From: Anaerolineae bacterium
Lineage (GTDB): Bacteria > Chloroflexota > Anaerolineae > B4-G1 > SLSP01
Direction of reading: 5' to 3'
DNA length: 64,000 nt
NCBI GenBank assembly: GCA_035420085.1
Contig: DAOLUH010000003.1
Coordinates: forward strand, 80,106-144,105
Within the stretch, counting starts at the first letter, position 1. Every line of letters starts with the position of its first letter. Under the pieces are notes generated by a model. That model made no database searches, was not told the DNA's origin, and was given only the letters and a program-made list of their open reading frames with translations. This document shows, one piece after another, positions 61,718 to 64,000 of the stretch. The translations under genes were made by a program, and so were the position numbers.

Positions 61718-64000
61718 TGACACATCCCTCAAAGGGTTCAACCGTGGCCCAGACAAGTTCTGCCGGAGTGCACCGATGGCTTGTGTGACATTGGTTTCCA
61801 TCCCTCAAAGGGTTCAACCGTGGCCCAGACATGCTCTGAAGGCTGCCGCAAAGGCGTCTGGAATCCGTTGTTTCCATCCCTCAAAGGGTTCAACCGTGGC
61901 CCAGACTGTTGGGGTATTCAACTGGTACTCGAAGGAATTACAAGTTTCCATCCCTCAAAGGGTTCAACCGTGGCCCAGACCGCTATTCCCCCGATGTAGA
62001 AACGGTGGAAATAGAGAGTTTCCATCCCTCAAAGGGTTCAACCGTGGCCCAGACTCTTAGCTATCCATTGCGGATAGTAGAGGATCAAAAAGTTTCCATC
62101 CCTCAAAGGGTTCAACCGTGGCCCAGACTTTTATCGCGTACGACCCATACGATCCCGCTAATTCGTTTCCATCCCTCAAAGGGTTCAACCGTGGCCCAGA
62201 CTAGGTGATCTAGGTTTGACTCGTAGGTGCTACTGGAATTGTTTCCATCCCTCAAAGGGTTCAACCGTGGCCCAGACTGAACGGCAGCGTCATCTCCGCG
62301 ACTGGCTCCATTGAGTTTCCATCCCTCAAAGGGTTCAACCGTGGCCCAGACATGACGCTCGATCAAATCCTGGACGACGCCAAAATAGGTTTCCATCCCT
62401 CAAAGGGTTCAACCGTGGCCCAGACTGGATTGGCTCACGCGCGATTCTATGCGGTTGTCGCATCGTTTCCATCCCTCAAAGGGTTCAACCGTGGCCCAGT
62501 GGTTCACTGAAGTGGACCGAAAGGAGACAAACATAAGAGTTTCCATCCCTCAAAGGGTTCAACCGTGGCCCAGACTGCGGTGGTGCGTGCCCGACCGGTG
62601 TCATCAGCGAGACGTTTCCATCCCTCAAAGGGTTCAACCGTGGCCCAGAAGATCGTGGGGAGCTATGCTATGCTCCTCGTGGTTTTGTTTCCATCCCTCA
62701 AAGGGTTCAACCGTGGCCCAGGTGTCGAATTCGGTACTTGCGATGGTTGCGAGGGAAAATTGTTTCCATCCCTCAAAGGGTTCAACCGTGGCCCAGCCAG
62801 CACCAACGCGGCAGTGCAACGCGCTAAATTTGTTGTTTCCATCCCTCAAAGGGTTCAACCGTGGCCCAGTAGCCGCATTCTTCCTGAGCAAGCCGATCTT
62901 CACAGGATGTTTCCATCCCTCAAAGGGTTCAACCGTGGCCCAGTGTAACGCTGTCCGGATACTTCCTGATGGTGTTTTCGGATGTTTCCATCCCTCAAAG
63001 GGTTCAACCGTGGCCCAGGTGGGTGCGTCATTTTGGGTCACAACGGCAGAAGATACTGTTTCCATCCCTCAAAGGGTTCAACCGTGGCCCAGTCACGGGA
63101 ACTTCCCAAACCGACGGACCGGAAATTGTTGTTTCCATCCCTCAAAGGGTTCAACCGTGGCCCAGCTTCGGCTATGGTGGCGGTTTGAATGACCCTGGCG
63201 ATTGTTTCCATCCCTCAAAGGGTTCAACCGTGGCCCAGTACGGCCTGTCCCGAGCAGTAGCATGGGTGACTATGATGTTTCCATCCCTCAAAGGGTTCAA
63301 CCGTGGCCCAGTCTTCAGCCTGACCGCCCTTTCGGGGTCGGGCATAAATGTTTCCATCCCTCAAAGGGTTCAACCGTGGCCCAGCCGCAGACTGTTCAGG
63401 TGTTCAATCCGTACTGGATGTTGATGTTTCCATCCCTCAAAGGGTTCAACCGTGGCCCAGACGGGATGTTTTTGGGGTTGGCCGGTGCACAACCGGTGAG
63501 TTTCCATCCCTCAAAGGGTTCAACCGTGGCCCAGACAGGATGTCACAGCAACGCGCCCTGGCAATGGATGACGGGTTTCCATCCCTCAAAGGGTTCAACC
63601 GTGGCCCAGACATGGAGGATAGACATGGATACGCGAAAGACTCGTTTTGTTTCCATCCCTCAAAGGGTTCAACCGTGGCCCAGACTTTAGTATTGGCAAT
63701 CGTGCTCTTGGGTGGTTGCAAAAGTTTCCATCCCTCAAAGGGTTCAACCGTGGCCCAGACGAAACAGCAAGGACTATTGTGGCTATTAACGAACTTTAGT
63801 TTCCATCCCTCAAAGGGTTCAACCGTGGCCCAGACTTCTCATCGTCTTCTTTCATTTTTCGAGCTTGGCCAAGTTTCCATCCCTCAAAGGGTTCAACCGT
63901 GGCCCAGACCAACAGGCACGGTATTACGTCAACACTGTGTATAACTACGTTTCCATCCCTCAAAGGGTTCAACCGTGGCCCAGACTCAACGATAAGCACA
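61718..64000 (-). CRISPR. CRISPR array: 31 repeats seen (one degenerate), 35-39-nt spacers, continues beyond the window
   Basis: Repeat on the plus strand: GTTTCCATCCCTCAAAGGGTTCAACCGTGGCCCAGAC (37 nt). First perfect copy at 61794-61830, last complete copy at 63949-63985. The copy at 61718-61754 is degenerate at one end. Reverse complement GTCTGGGCCACGGTTGAACCCTTTGAGGGATGGAAAC ends in ...GAAAC, and the degenerate repeat is at the left end, so transcription is inferred on the minus strand from a leader beyond 64000. Confidence 0.95.

Noticed and set aside
61611-63999. Numerous ORFs in the track across 61.6-64.0 kb (e.g. 62449..63192, 63348..63944) with repeated 'FHPSKGSTVAQ' / 'SIPQRVQPWP' peptides
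   Set aside because: These are translations of the CRISPR repeat in different frames. The periodicity equals the repeat-spacer unit, so they are not coding.

Overview
High-G+C bacterial chromosome segment. The gene content (secretin-less Tad locus, many TPR/STAND genes, degenerate short repeats in intergenic regions) suggests a monoderm, Chloroflexota-like organism; that assignment is inference only. Three stretches look clearly lower in G+C by eye (no numbers computed). Layout: (1) 1-16.7 kb, minus strand: two secreted repeat proteins, then a complete Tad/Flp pilus operon (tadE-like, flp, tadC, tadB, prepilin peptidase, cpaF, cpaE, cpaB, two extra ParA-like genes, a lipoprotein). The operon also holds two tandem proteins that carry only the serine-recombinase 'recombinase' DNA-binding domain, one of them frameshifted. 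(2) 17.0-26.5 kb, plus strand, lower G+C: six translationally coupled genes, one sensor-less NB-ARC STAND NTPase and five paralogous TPR proteins with near-identical N- and C-terminal modules (a 'split STAND'). (3) 26.5-31.0 kb: a 1338-aa HerA/FtsK-like ATPase with a very long disordered linker, plus a small 4-TM protein. This operon and the Tad operon are each preceded by a homologous promoter + ~150-nt structured leader + intrinsic terminator module of unknown class. (4) 31.4-34.5 kb: Ser/Thr kinase-TPR. (5) 34.8-39.1 kb: a low-G+C single-gene cassette encoding an Avs-like protein (Cap4/DUF4297-type nuclease + P-loop NTPase + large C-terminal region). It appears inserted into the 3' end of a nucleotidyltransferase gene, bounded by a 9-bp in-phase direct repeat, and has displaced an FHA-like tail. 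(6) Two overlapping PF10127-like nucleotidyltransferases, a PPOX-family protein and addA/addB. (7) 48.6-52.3 kb: a low-G+C McrBC-like island whose McrB has an EVE domain inside the AAA+ fold and an apparent +1 frameshift. (8) A LexA-box-controlled imuB-dnaE2 cassette, a GH13 amylase, a pRiA4b ORF-3-like gene, and a CRISPR array (31 repeats seen, continues past the right edge, no cas genes in the window). Most of the many other ORFs in the six-frame track are shadow ORFs of high-G+C genes.
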